In this document: positions 8,619-22,544 of the stretch, in pieces | Layout: the number at the start of each line of letters is the position of its first letter | Numbering within the stretch: the stretch's first letter is position 1 | Source: an uncultured Gemmatimonadales bacterium | GTDB lineage: Bacteria; Gemmatimonadota; Gemmatimonadetes; Longimicrobiales; RSA9 | Direction of reading: 5' to 3' | DNA: 64,000 bases | Assembly: GCA_963798085.1 (NCBI GenBank) | Contig: CAWCRS010000007.1 | Location: forward strand, 192,001 to 256,000 | Notes under the pieces: model-generated | The model's database searches: none | Told to the model about the DNA's origin: nothing | The model's input: only the letters and a program-made list of their open reading frames with translations | Translations under genes and position numbers: made by a program

Positions 8619-11305
8619 ATTTCCGCGCTCACACGAGCGCGGCCCCATTGAAGCACGATGCGATCACGCACCATCGAGCGCTCAGTCTCACCGGATTTCC
8701 GCGCTCACACGAGCGCGGCCCCATTGAAGCGCACCGACGTCTGCCGTCCGCGAGCTCGCCGTCCGGCACGAATTTCCGCGCTCACACGAGCGCGGCCCCA
8801 TTGAAGCGTGCCCTAGGCTTGCACGTCCGGGTGTACGTGACGCCCAAATTTCCGCGCTCACACGAGCGCGGCCCCATTGAAGCGAGCCGACGATCGGCTC
8901 GGCACCGATCGCGAGCGCGTCCGACGCGACTCGATTTCCGCGCTCACACGAGCGCGGCCCCATTGAAGCGCGAGTGCCGCGTCACGATGGCCGCGAGTCG
9001 TCGATCCGATTTCCGCGCTCACACGAGCGCGGCCCCATTGAAGCGCGAGCGCGACCAGCGACATGCCGCCGGCGCTCCGCAATTTCCGCGCTCACACGAG
9101 CGCGGCCCCATTGAAGCCGACACCGCAGTCAGCGCCATGAGCTCGACGCCGATCGGCGATTTCCGCGCTCACACGAGCGCGGCCCCATTGAAGCTCGGTG
9201 CAGCGATCGCGACCATCGACGCAGCGGTCGCAATTTCCGCGCTCACACGAGCGCGGCCCCATTGAAGCCAGGTCACGCTATCGCACCGTCATCGCGCAAC
9301 GTGCTCGTCGATTTCCGCGCTCACACGAGCGCGGCCCCATTGAAGCGACGCGATCGCGCATGCGATCACGTCGACCGGCAGTCAGCATTTCCGCGCTCAC
9401 ACGAGCGCGGCCCCATTGAAGCGCGTGACGCGGTCCGAGCAGGCGCGACAGGTCCGCGCGATTTCCGCGCTCACACGAGCGCGGCCCCATTGAAGCGTGC
9501 GAGCCGCGCGTGGTCCGCCGAGGAAGTCGTACGCGATTTCCGCGCTCACACGAGCGCGGCCCCATTGAAGCATCGTAGCTACCCGGCGACAGCGCACAGG
9601 AGCGCACGACATTTCCGCGCTCACACGAGCGCGGCCCCATTGAAGCGAGCTCGATGACGCGCCATGGCATCATCAACGCTGCGCTCGATTTCCGCGCTCA
9701 CACGAGCGCGGCCCCATTGAAGCGCTCGGAGCGCGAGTCCTCGGCGATCGGCCGTCGAATTTCCGCGCTCACACGAGCGCGGCCCCATTGAAGCGTGCGG
9801 CCGGGGCTCGACAGCCGTCACGAGGCGCGTGGATTTCCGCGCTCACACGAGCGCGGCCCCATTGAAGCGTACGCGCTTCGACCGCGATCGCGTACGCCTG
9901 CTGCCAGCATTTCCGCGCTCACACGAGCGCGGCCCCATTGAAGCCTGCAGACGCACATGCGTGCATGCCAGCATCCGCGCAGGAATTTCCGCGCTCACAC
10001 GAGCGCGGCCCCATTGAAGCCAGTCGACACGCGATGGCCGATTCCGATACGCGACGATTTCCGCGCTCACACGAGCGCGGCCCCATTGAAGCGCATGGCC
10101 GAGCGTGAGCTGCGAGTCGCAGAATGTCCTCACTTTCCGCGCTCACTACGAGCGCGGCCCCATTGAAGCCCGCTGACAGGACAGGTGCTCAACCATGCGA
10201 TCGAGTCCGATTTCCGCGCTCACACGAGCGCGGCCCCATTGAAGCGTCACATCGAACGCGCATGACGGTCACGCGGGGCTGATTTCCGCGCTCACACGAG
10301 CGCGGCCCCATTGAAGCCATGTGACACATCGACGTGTCACGCGGACTCGGCCGGCATTTCCGCGCTCGACACGAGCGCGGCCCCATTGAAGCGGTAGACC
10401 AGCGCTCAGCCGACGTCATGCGCAGCTGGACGCGTTATTTCCGCGCTCACACGAGCGCGGCCCCATTGAAGCGGGAGCTTCGACTGGTCCGTGCGAATCC
10501 GCCGGCGCTAGCATTTCCGCGCTCACACGAGCGCGGCCCCATTGAAGCCTGGCAGGCTGGTCCGTGAGGCGGTCGACTGCTGCACCATTTCCGCGCTCAC
10601 ACGAGCGCGGCCCCATTGAAGCGGACTTCGCCTGGATCGACTGCGCACGAGGTCCGGGTACCATTTCCGCGCTCGCACGAGCGCGGCCCCATTGAAGCGA
10701 GCGTCCAGTCCGGTGCCGCGCCGAGCATGGCGATCAGCATTTCCGCGCTCACACGAGCGCGGCCCCATTGAAGCCGACGCACGGTCCGACTGCATGACGG
10801 CCGCGCGTCGCTGGCCATTTCCGCGCTCACACGAGCGCGGCCCCATTGAAGCGAGCGTCGGGCGGGTGCTGCGCCAGCTGGGCGACAGCATTTCCGCGCT
10901 CACACGAGCGCGGCCCCATTGAAGCCGGAACGGCAGGACGTCCGGAGTCGACGTCATGCCGGCCGATTTCCGCGCTCACACGAGCGCGGCCCCATTGAAG
11001 CTCGACGCGAGATTGCGGCCGCGTGCCACGACGCATGGCGGCAATTTCCGCGCTCACACGAGCGCGGCCCCATTGAAGCCGGACGGCCCTGCGCGACTGG
11101 CCGGGCCGTCGCCGTCATTTCCGCGCTCACACGAGCGCGGCCCCATTGAAGCACGAACGCGCAATGCCGCACGCCGACGCGCAGAGCCGGCTCATTTCCG
11201 CGCTCACACGAGCGCGGCCCCATTGAAGCACGCAATCGCCCATGGCGTCGTATGGACGGCCGTATCGGCATTTCCGCGCTCACACGAGCGCGGCCCCATT
11301 GAAGC
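8619..11305 (+). CRISPR. CRISPR array, leader-proximal part: 36 repeats
   Basis: 36-bp repeat ATTTCCGCGCTCACACGAGCGCGGCCCCATTGAAGC with 8-bp hairpin CCGCGCTC/GAGCGCGG and ATTGAAGC end; hand count. Confidence 0.98.
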
Positions 11306-11405
11306 GCGACGCCGGTGTTCACGCGCCGACATCCATTGTCAACACCGGTCGAAAATCTGACACTTTCCAACGGTTGAAAATCTGACACTCCGTTGGTGTT
11401 TGATG

Positions 11406-12248
11406 TCAGTCCATATCGACCTCCTGGGGCCGTAAGGAACGGCGCTGCCGGCGGCGAGGCGCCTCATCGTCTGGGGGCTCGGGCTGTTTCCAGAGGTGGC
11501 TGTGGTTGCGAACGCGGTAGCTGTTGCCGCGGATGTTGACGATATGGCAGTGGTGAAGGAGGCGGTCGATCAGAGCCGCGGCCATGACCTCGTCGCCGAA
11601 GATGTCGCCCCACTCTTCGAAGGACTTGTTGGACGTGAGCACCGTGGAAGCGTGCTCGTAGCGCCGGCTCATCAACTGGAAGAAGAGCATGGCGCCGGTG
11701 CGGGAGATGGGCAGGTAGCCGATCTCGTCGACGACGAGCAGCGAGGGGTGGGTGAGCACCTTGAGTCGCTGATGGAAGCGGCTGGCGGCCTGCGCTTCCT
11801 CGAGCGAGGTGATGAGGTCTGCCAGGGTGCCGTAGTAGACGCGCCGGCCGCTCTGCGCGGCCGAGATGGCCAGAGCAATGGCCAAATGCGTCTTGCCGAC
11901 GCCCGGTGGACCGAGGAACACCACGTTTTCCTTCCGGTCGATGAAGCTCAGCTCGTGCAGACTCTCGATCTGCTCGCGGCGAATCGAGGGCTGGAAGGTG
12001 AAGTCGAAGTCGCCGAGTGTTTTCACGGCCGGCAGTCGGCTGGAACGCATGGCAGCCTGGAGGCGGCGGTTATTGCGCAGTGTGATCTGCGCCCCGAGGA
12101 GGCTTTCAATGGCCTCACCGGCGGTGAGCTGCGCGCTGTCCACGCGCTGCAGAATCGGATCGAGCTCTTCGAGAGCACCTGGCATCTTCAGGTCGGCGAG
12201 CATGGTGCGGATGCGGTCGCGTCGGGTGGGCGCCGGCGTCTTGCTCAT
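11406..12248 (-). CDS. istB: IS21 helper ATPase IstB
   Basis: KTLGDFDF, GPPGVGKT, LLVVDEIGY, TSNKSFEEWG, DRLLHH, GNSYR. Confidence 0.95.
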   Translation of the reverse strand: MSKTPAPTRRDRIRTMLADLKMPGALEELDPILQRVDSAQLTAGEAIESLLGAQITLRNNRRLQAAMRSSRLPAVKTLGDFDFTFQPSIRREQIESLHELSFIDRKENVVFLGPPGVGKTHLAIALAISAAQSGRRVYYGTLADLITSLEEAQAASRFHQRLKVLTHPSLLVVDEIGYLPISRTGAMLFFQLMSRRYEHASTVLTSNKSFEEWGDIFGDEVMAAALIDRLLHHCHIVNIRGNSYRVRNHSHLWKQPEPPDDEAPRRRQRRSLRPQEVDMD

Positions 12249-13272
12249 GATACGCCTCCCGCGATGGCCGCATAGCTGGCCAGTGGGCGGCGCTCCACAG
12301 GAACGGAGGGTGTGCGCGAAGTCCGCTTCGAGGGCGCCCCATCGATGGGGAGCACGAGGGACTGATAGGGACGGGTTAGTGGCTGCAGCAGGGCCTTCTC
12401 GTCCCGCTCGAAACGGTCCACGGGCTTCTCGCCCGTGGTAGCGTGGGTGCGGAGATTGGCCACCGTCTGAAGCCACTGCTCGGCCTGGTCATTCAGGTCG
12501 GCGTCCCCGATGGAGACTTGCGACCATAGACGAAGCTGGCGCGCAGGTAACGGATCGGGCGCTCCACCTTGCCCTTGGTCTGTGCGCGGTACGGACGACA
12601 AGCCCGAGCCCGGAAGCTCCAGTGGCTGCAGAAGCGCAGGAACTCGGCGTTTTCAATGAGGCGGCCACCCCCGGGACGCAGGTCGCGCAGGATCACCGAC
12701 CGCATCTGGTCGAAGAGCAGCTCGCGCGGTACGCCACCGAAGAAAGCGAACGCCTGCTCCAGACCGAGCTGCAGTGTATGCATGTCCTGGCGCGGGAAGA
12801 ACCGCAGCCACAGCAGGCGCGAGTAGGCGAGCACCACCAGCAGCGCGTATCGTACGCCCCAGGGAAAGCGGAAGTGTGCGAAGTCGACCTGCCCCTGGTG
12901 CGCAGGCGGTGTTTCGAAGCGGATGATCTCCTTCTCGGGTGGCTGCGGACGGATGCTCCGGACATAGTCACGCAGCTGCGTGACCCCACCTGTGTAGCCG
13001 GCAGCACGGATCTCATGGAAGAGTCGTGCGCCACTGAGGTCCGGGTACTCCGTGAGTCGGGCCGTGAGGATTGCCTTGAATGGATCCAGCTTCGTGGGCA
13101 CTGCGGGTCGGGGACCGTAGCGCACCGCCAACGGATCACGGTCCAGCTCACCCTTTCGAATCATGGAGTAGATCGTCTCCAGTGAGATCCCCAGTCGGCG
13201 GGCGATCTCTGCCTTGGAGAGACCCTGCTCGAGGTAGTGCCTGAGTAACACGCGTCGCTCCATTTCGATCAA
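12245..13272 (-). CDS. istA: IS21 DDE transposase IstA; apparent frameshift near 12525
   Basis: HTH N-terminus, RFETPPAHQGQVDF, LFDQM, QTKGKVERPIRY; C-terminus (NLRTHATTGEKP...VERRPLASY) in another frame; stop overlaps the istB ATG. Confidence 0.93.
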
Positions 13273-13416
13273 CGGGCCTCCTCCCTGAAGGAGGCACCAA
13301 CGTGAAGGTTTCGCGGGGAGCAGGCCATCGGCCCACGCCGCCGCACTCGCAGAGCGGCGAGTGTCAGATTTTCGACGGGCGCTTATGTCATATTTTCACA
13401 CCGGTGGCAACACGCC

Positions 13417-16400
13417 ATTTCCGCGCTCACACGGGCGCGGCCCCATTGAAGCCGCACCGGTCAGACATCGCCGTGCCGGGTACCGATTTCCGCGCTCACA
13501 CGAGCGCGGCCCCATTGAAGCCGATGACCGGCTCAGCGACCACCTGCGCCGCTGCCGAGTTCCGATTTCCGCGCTCACACGGGCGCGGCCCCATTGAAGC
13601 ATCGCTTCCCGGACCGCCGTGCCCGTCACCTTGCCGTGAGATTTCCGCGCCCACACGGGCGCGGCCCCATTGAAGCAGACGCGGCGCGTCTCGCGGCTGT
13701 CTGGCCCGTCCGCAATTTCCGCGCTCACACGGGCGCGGCCCCATTGAAGCGCGCGGTCCGGAACGCCATCCGGGCACATTGCCCGCGAGCTGATTTCCGC
13801 GCTCACACGGGCGCGGCCCCATTGAAGCAGTCGTGACCCGGCGGCCATCAACGGCAATCGCTACTGCGGTGCAATTTCCGCGCTCACACGGGCGCGGCCC
13901 CATTGAAGCCGGACTGCACGGTCCGACGAGCCGCGCGCCCGTGATCGTCCATTTCCGCGCTCACACGGGCGCGGCCCCATTGAAGCACGCGCTCGACCGG
14001 CTCCGCTCGGCGCGGTCTGGCACGATCCGGCTGATTTCCGCGCTCACACGGGCGCGGCCCCATTGAAGCCATGGCTGCGCTGCCATTCGCCGCGTGGCGA
14101 GCCCGCACGATTTCCGCGCTCACACGGGCGCGGCCCCATTGAAGCATGCAGCGACCGCACCGATCGGTCGCATGGCGCCGCCATTTCCGCGCTCACACGG
14201 GCGCGGCCCCATTGAAGCCATAGCGGCCGGCCGTTCGGCCCGTTGGCACCAGCAGCATTTCCGCGCTCACACGGGCGCGGCCCCATTGAAGCGAGGCATG
14301 ACGTTGGCGTACCGTCGCTGCGCGTCTGGCGCATTTCCGCGCTCACACGGGCGCGGCCCCATTGAAGCATCGGCGTCACTACGCCGCGACTGAGATCGCG
14401 CACAGGTCACATTTCCGCGCTCACACGGGCGCGGCCCCATTGAAGCGAGCACGGCCGAGCTCGGTCGTCGAGCAGACTCGCCGACATTTCCGCGCTCACA
14501 CGAGCGCGGCCCCATTGAAGCGCATGGCGATCGATCGCGCCGTCCAGCGCCGCACTGAGCCGCATTTCCGCGCTCACACGAGCGCGGCCCCATTGAAGCG
14601 CGCATGCCGCGCATGCGCACCACACGTCTGTAGCGCGGCTGCCGCTCATTTCCGCGCCCACACGAGCGCGGCCCCATTGAAGCGACGAGCATCTCGGATC
14701 ATGTCCGCTGAGGCCGCATCGCTCATTTCCGCGCTCACACGGGCGCGGCCCCATTGAAGCCGAAGTGCGCGCTCTGCCCGAGTCGACCATCCGCGTCATT
14801 TCCGCGCTCACACGGGCGCGGCCCCATTGAAGCGACAGCGGCTATCGCCGACCTGCACGGAGTCGCATCGCCGACATTTCCGCGCTCACACGGGCGCGGC
14901 CCCATTGAAGCACGGTCGAGCTCGCAGCTGCTTGCGATCGCCGCTCGGTCCATTTCCGCGCTCACACGAGCGCGGCCCCATTGAAGCAGCCTGACGAGTT
15001 CGCGCTGGCGCTATCGCAGCATGCCTGCGATTTCCGCGCTCACACGGGCGCGGCCCCATTGAAGCAGCTAGACAGCGTCGCGAACGTGCTCGACCGAACC
15101 GCGTGACATTTCCGCGCTCACACGAGCGCGGCCCCATTGAAGCTCGCGCCGGCTGCTGGCGCGGCCAGTGCACCTGCCGATGCGATTTCCGCGCTCACAC
15201 GAGCGCGGCCCCATTGAAGCGCATGGCGCGATTCACGTCTCGACGAGCTGCGCGCAAATTTCCGCGCTCACACGAGCGCGGCCCCATTGAAGCGCACGAC
15301 GTGCGTGCCGCGCCGCGCGATGGCGCTCGGCGGCATTTCCGCGCTCACACGGGCGCGGCCCCATTGAAGCGACGGTCGCGTGCGCCGATCACCGCGATCG
15401 CGCACCGATTTCCGCGCTCACACGAGCGCGGCCCCATTGAAGCCGCAGTGACTGAGCAGCTCGACTGCCACCTGCGGCCGATTTCCGCGCTCACACGAGC
15501 GCGGCCCCATTGAAGCGCAGCATCGAGCACTCGCATCGCTGAGCCATGGCGCGATGCTGATTTCCGCGCTCACACGAGCGCGGCCCCATTGAAGCCCGAC
15601 AGACTCAGCCGACACGGCGATGCGCTCGGGCGGCTGATTTCCGCGCTCACACGAGCGCGGCCCCATTGAAGCGAGCGATCTGCCGCCGCCGTCATGAGCG
15701 TTCGCGGCGACATGCTGCATTTCCGCGCTCACACGGGCGCGGCCCCATTGAAGCCGAGCTCGACGTGGGCGCCATCGTTGCAGCGCGGCCGCACTATTTC
15801 CGCGCTCACACGAGCGCGGCCCCATTGAAGCAGTGAGCTGCCGGTATCCGCCCAGTCGGCATACCCGCATCATTTCCGCGCTCACACGAGCGCGGCCCCA
15901 TTGAAGCGCGAGGCTGCGCATGCGCGCCCGAGGACAGGCCATGACATTTCCGCGCTCACACGGGCGCGGCCCCATTGAAGCGCGTCAGCGACGTTCAGCC
16001 TCGCGACCGCAACGCCGATCATTTCCGCGCTCACACGGGCGCGGCCCCATTGAAGCACATGAGTCCGCGGTCGGCCCGTGCGTGACGTCGGCCCGATTTC
16101 CGCGCTCACACGGGCGCGGCCCCATTGAAGCGCGAGCCACGCGGTCGGAACAGGCGGTCGGAGGCTGCCACGTATTTCCGCGCTCACACGAGCGCGGCCC
16201 CATTGAAGCGCTGCATGCTTTCGGTTGCACTGCGCAACGCGGACACTGGCATTTCCGCGCTCACACGAGCGCGGCCCCATTGAAGCACGTGTCGCGCGAC
16301 TTGAACCGCACGAGTTGCCAGCCGATTTCCGCGCTCACACGAGCGCGGCCCCATTGAAGCGTCACGGAATTCGCCGAGCGGCTCTACCACCGGAAGGGCG

Positions 16401-16438
16401 AGATTTCCGCGCTCACACGGGCGCGGCCCCATAGAAGC
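13417..16438 (+). CRISPR. CRISPR array, distal part: 40 repeats
   Basis: Same repeat; 23 copies carry the GGGCGC variant and 17 GAGCGC (hand count); last repeat degenerate (ATAGAAGC). Confidence 0.98.
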
Positions 16439-16542
16439 AGGAAAGACTCGCAGTCACGACCGGCTGCGTCTCGGCCCGGGAGGGACTGTGACCTTACGCC
16501 TGTTCGTTGCAATCACCCGAGCGCGCGCCCACGGAAGTCTGA

Positions 16543-17412
16543 TTATCGAGGTGCCACTCGCCCCGAGTCTCCGTACATGACCGGCGTTCGCACGAACGAG
16601 CCGATAAGACTGCGCCATCGTACTGGCCGTGTACGCGCGGCGCCGAAGTCCATGAAACCAAGCGGCCGCAGCTGCTTGCCCACGCCCGTGCCTGTGTCGA
16701 TGCGCAGCAGCACGCCGTTGGGCGCGGACTCGAACACGCCGCTGGTCAGGCCGTAGAGCTGCCCTTCCACGAACGTCAGGCCCCACACGTTGTCGAAGCC
16801 AATGGCCGCTCCGTTGCCCACGGGCGAAGCCATGCCCGTCCCCGGATCCACGGTAACCAGCCGTTCCACATTGCCCGCGCCCACCACCGTGGCGTACAAC
16901 GTACCATCCGGCGCAAACGCAATGTCGCCGCTGGAGAACAGGAACGAGCCGAACTCCCCGATGATCTGCGCCTGGCCCGTGACCGTGTCGATGACGGCCA
17001 GCTCGCCCAGCTGTCGAGCGCCGAACAGCCGGCCAGCTGGATCGAACGCCAGCGCGTTCATGCCTGGATTGTCGAGGGAACCGATACGCGTGGCGCGGGC
17101 CGTCGACGCATCAATGCGGTAGAGATCCTCCTCCGTGATGCCCCAGAGTCCGCCATGGGGCGCGCGCGCGATGTCCGTAAGCTCGAGACTCTCACCTGTC
17201 GCGTTGGTCACGGGCGCAATCATCGAGTCGCTGGCGCCGGCCTGGAGCGGCACGCGATAGAGCACGGACTGCAGACCGCCCACGGCGTACAGCGCGGGCT
17301 GCGACGCGGGCTGGCCCGGCCCCGTGGAATCGCTGCACGCGCTTCCCGCCACAGCGAGCGTGGCGCTCAAGCACAGTGTTATACGCGCTGGCAGGAAAAG
17401 ACTGCTTTGCAT
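16543..17412 (-). CDS. Putative lipoprotein with beta-propeller repeats
   Basis: Hydrophobic leader ending AGSAC; repeated blades (DIARAPHGGLWG, ALAFDPAGRLFG, DIAFAPDGTLYA). Confidence 0.7.
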   Translation of the reverse strand: MQSSLFLPARITLCLSATLAVAGSACSDSTGPGQPASQPALYAVGGLQSVLYRVPLQAGASDSMIAPVTNATGESLELTDIARAPHGGLWGITEEDLYRIDASTARATRIGSLDNPGMNALAFDPAGRLFGARQLGELAVIDTVTGQAQIIGEFGSFLFSSGDIAFAPDGTLYATVVGAGNVERLVTVDPGTGMASPVGNGAAIGFDNVWGLTFVEGQLYGLTSGVFESAPNGVLLRIDTGTGVGKQLRPLGFMDFGAARTRPVRWRSLIGSFVRTPVMYGDSGRVAPR

Positions 17413-17556
17413 TGCTGCCCTCGATGCAACACAGGTGTAACGCACCGGAGCCGGGAGCGGCCATCGGCTCCGCGTGCTCCGCCGGCCTGACCCCGTGTCG
17501 GCCGCCGCGCCGTCCAATCCGGCGGTCCTGCACCCGGTTCCGCCGATGAGCTGGAC

Positions 17557-19266
17557 GTGCAGGACATCGGCATCAGGCTGTTGTTCGATCCGCGCGGCGA
17601 TCGCATCGACTTCTTCGATGCCCACTTCGTCCAGCCCATCTCACCGGCGGGCCTCGCGCTCTATCGCTATTCCACGCGCGACACCACCCGCATCGTTCTG
17701 CCCTCCCGCACGATCACGCTGATCGAGGTCGTGCTGCGGCCGCGGCAGAACGACTGGGAAGCGCTCGAGGGCTCGCTCTGGTTCGATCGCGACACCGGCG
17801 TGCTGGCGCGCGCCGCCTACCGGCCGAGCGACGTGTGGAATCACGAGATCCGCGAGCCGCACGATCTCGACAATGTGCCCGGGTTCCTGAAACCAGCCAT
17901 TGGCACGGTCCAGTCGATCGTCGTGGAATACGGTCTGTTCGATCAGCGCTGGTGGCTGCCCAGCCATGTACACGGCGAGGGAGTCCTCGACTGGGGCAAT
18001 GGACTGGTACGCATGCCGATCTCCATCGACTGGACCATGAGCGACCAGGTCCTGAACGAGGCGCCGGACTCGGCCGTGACGCCCGGCGGCAATCTGGCGA
18101 GCGTCGCGCGCTCCGTGCACGGTGACGATAATCGCCGCGAGCACATCGAGTACCTCGCCCCGCGTGGCGTTGACCTGGCGAACACGGCCGTGTTGCCGCC
18201 GCCCCTCAAGCCCGTCGACACGATCGACTTCTCGCAGGAAGAGCTGAGCGCGCTGGTCGGTCGCATCACGCAGGTCGCTGGACCTCCGCCCGCACCACCG
18301 GCGCCTTCGCTTTCGCGTGCGCTGCTCACCACCATGCGCTACGACCGCGTGCGCGGCCTGAGCGCCGGCTACCACGCGACGTTCAACGCCGGCCATTTCC
18401 AGCTGACGCCTGACGTCCGCTTCTCGACCGCTGTGCCCGATCTCTTTGGCAGCTTTGCCATCGCTCGCGGCGAGGTCACGCTGACGGCGTACCATGACCT
18501 CGCCGATGCCAGCGACTGGAACCATGCGGGCGGACTCGGCAACAGTGTGTCTACACTGCTGTTCGGCCATGATGGTGGCGACTCCTACCGAGTCAACGGC
18601 GCCGCGCTGTCGTGGCAGGCGGCGCATGCTGTGCAGACACGCATCGACCTGTTTGCCGAGCAGCAGCGCTCCATCGCGCGGCAGACCAGCATTGCGCTCA
18701 CCACGCTCGGCGGCGGCCACCTGCGCGGCAATCTCGTCGCGGCGGATGTCGCTGTGGCGGGTGTGCGCACCGAATTGCGCGGTCAGCTGGGAGCAGACGC
18801 ACAGCGTACCGTGTTCAACTGGCGCCTTGCCGCTGAAGCCGCTCTGGGCGACGCACGCCATGCTCGCGCTTCCGCTGCGGTGCGCCTGACGCATCCCCTC
18901 GGCGCCACGACGACTGCCGCACTCGAGCTGAGTGGCGGACTCGCCGGCGCCGGCGCACCACCGCAGCGCAATTTCTACCTCGGAGGCGTGGGCACCCTGC
19001 GCGGCGTCAGCGAGAACGCCGTCAGCGGCCCCGAGTACGGGTTGGCGCGCGCGGAGCTGGGTCGCGGATTGCCCGGCATGCGCGCCGTTGTCTTCCTCGA
19101 CGCAGGCTGGGCCGGAGCACGCGGCGCAATGCACACGGCGCGTCCGGTCGCCGGCGCGGGAGCCGGCGCGTCCTTCCTCGATGGATTGTTCCGCGTCGAT
19201 CTCGCGCGCGGCGTGCTGCGCTCCAGCGCCTGGCGCCTCTACTTCTACATCGATGCGCTGCTCTGA
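17557..19266 (+). CDS. Outer-membrane beta-barrel protein with Omp85/BamA-like C-terminus; appears 5'-truncated; paralog of 33028-35239
   Basis: FYLGGVGTLRG, FLDAGWAG, RVDLARG; shared blocks PGFLKP, VEYGLFDxRWWLP, MRYxRVxxLS; no signal peptide. Confidence 0.65.
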   Translation: MQDIGIRLLFDPRGDRIDFFDAHFVQPISPAGLALYRYSTRDTTRIVLPSRTITLIEVVLRPRQNDWEALEGSLWFDRDTGVLARAAYRPSDVWNHEIREPHDLDNVPGFLKPAIGTVQSIVVEYGLFDQRWWLPSHVHGEGVLDWGNGLVRMPISIDWTMSDQVLNEAPDSAVTPGGNLASVARSVHGDDNRREHIEYLAPRGVDLANTAVLPPPLKPVDTIDFSQEELSALVGRITQVAGPPPAPPAPSLSRALLTTMRYDRVRGLSAGYHATFNAGHFQLTPDVRFSTAVPDLFGSFAIARGEVTLTAYHDLADASDWNHAGGLGNSVSTLLFGHDGGDSYRVNGAALSWQAAHAVQTRIDLFAEQQRSIARQTSIALTTLGGGHLRGNLVAADVAVAGVRTELRGQLGADAQRTVFNWRLAAEAALGDARHARASAAVRLTHPLGATTTAALELSGGLAGAGAPPQRNFYLGGVGTLRGVSENAVSGPEYGLARAELGRGLPGMRAVVFLDAGWAGARGAMHTARPVAGAGAGASFLDGLFRVDLARGVLRSSAWRLYFYIDALL

Positions 19267-20110
19267 CCGCCAGCGCTGCCGTCCGGCCGCGGCGACATCG
19301 ATCACGCGAGGTACCTTGTTCGGCGAATGGCCTTGGTCGGCCCGGAGCGCGCTAAAGGCACCTGCGGCGAACGGTGAAAGGAAGAAGTAGAGTGTACTCG
19401 CTCTCGCGGCCGGGCCTCATGGCGCCGGTCCGCGCAGCCACGGCCGTGCGACGGTGTCAACGAAGCGGAGCGCTCCATGGTTCAGGTCGAACGTCGAAGC
19501 GCATGGATGTGGTCACTCGGCATCCTCCTGCTGAGCGCTGCGGTCACCGGGCTGAGTGGCAACGCCTCGCCGTTGCACGCGCAGGGCAAGGCTTCGCTCG
19601 AACCGTTCGCTTTTCTCGCCGGAGGCACCTGGGAGGGCACCGGGCGCTGGCCCGACGGCAGTGCAATGCGCGTTCAGGTCCGCTACTTCTGGGGGCCCAC
19701 GCACCGCCTGCTGCACTTCGAGACCTGGGATCTCGAAACGGGTCAGCGCGTTCCTCTCTACGAAGGGCAGATCTTCTTCGACCCGGCGCGCGCGAAGTTC
19801 GTGCAGTGGAACATGAAGCCGACAGGCGAGCTGGATGTCAGCGAATTCGATCGCATCGAGCCCGGCCGCTTCGAGGTGAATGCGCCGCACACGCGCTCCG
19901 TGGTGCGACAGACCGGCCCTGACGAATTCCACTGGGAGCTGCGTGTGCCGCAGGGCGACACATGGCAGCTCATTCTCGACGCGACCTATCGTCGAATGAA
20001 GGGTTCGTCGTCGGAACCGATACACATGTGGCTGGGCGCGGCGATACACCACAATGCGCCACCCGCCTCGAACCTTGCGCGGAGTCGGGCCCGTCAAACC
20101 ATCCGCATCA

Positions 20111-22524
<2,414 letters not shown>

Positions 22525-22544
22525 ATCATCCTCGGCTCTCCGTC

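Larger units (their letters stand above)
11337..13412 (-). mobile_element. IS21-family insertion sequence (2,076 bp) inside the CRISPR array
   Basis: TG...CA ends; left end TGTCAACACCGGTCGAAAATCTGACA vs right end (rc) TGTTGCCACCGGTGTGAAAATATGACA; repeated GAAAATCTGACA-like sites at both ends; istA-istB inside. Confidence 0.95.

Noticed and set aside
11337..13412. CRISPR-associated transposon (IstAB plus type I-G Cascade)
   Set aside because: The IS ends enclose only istA-istB; no tniQ; cas genes lie outside and include cas3 and adaptation genes
8561..16434. Many ORFs with FRAHTSAAPLK / MGPRSCERGN repeats
   Set aside because: Translations of the CRISPR repeat, not proteins
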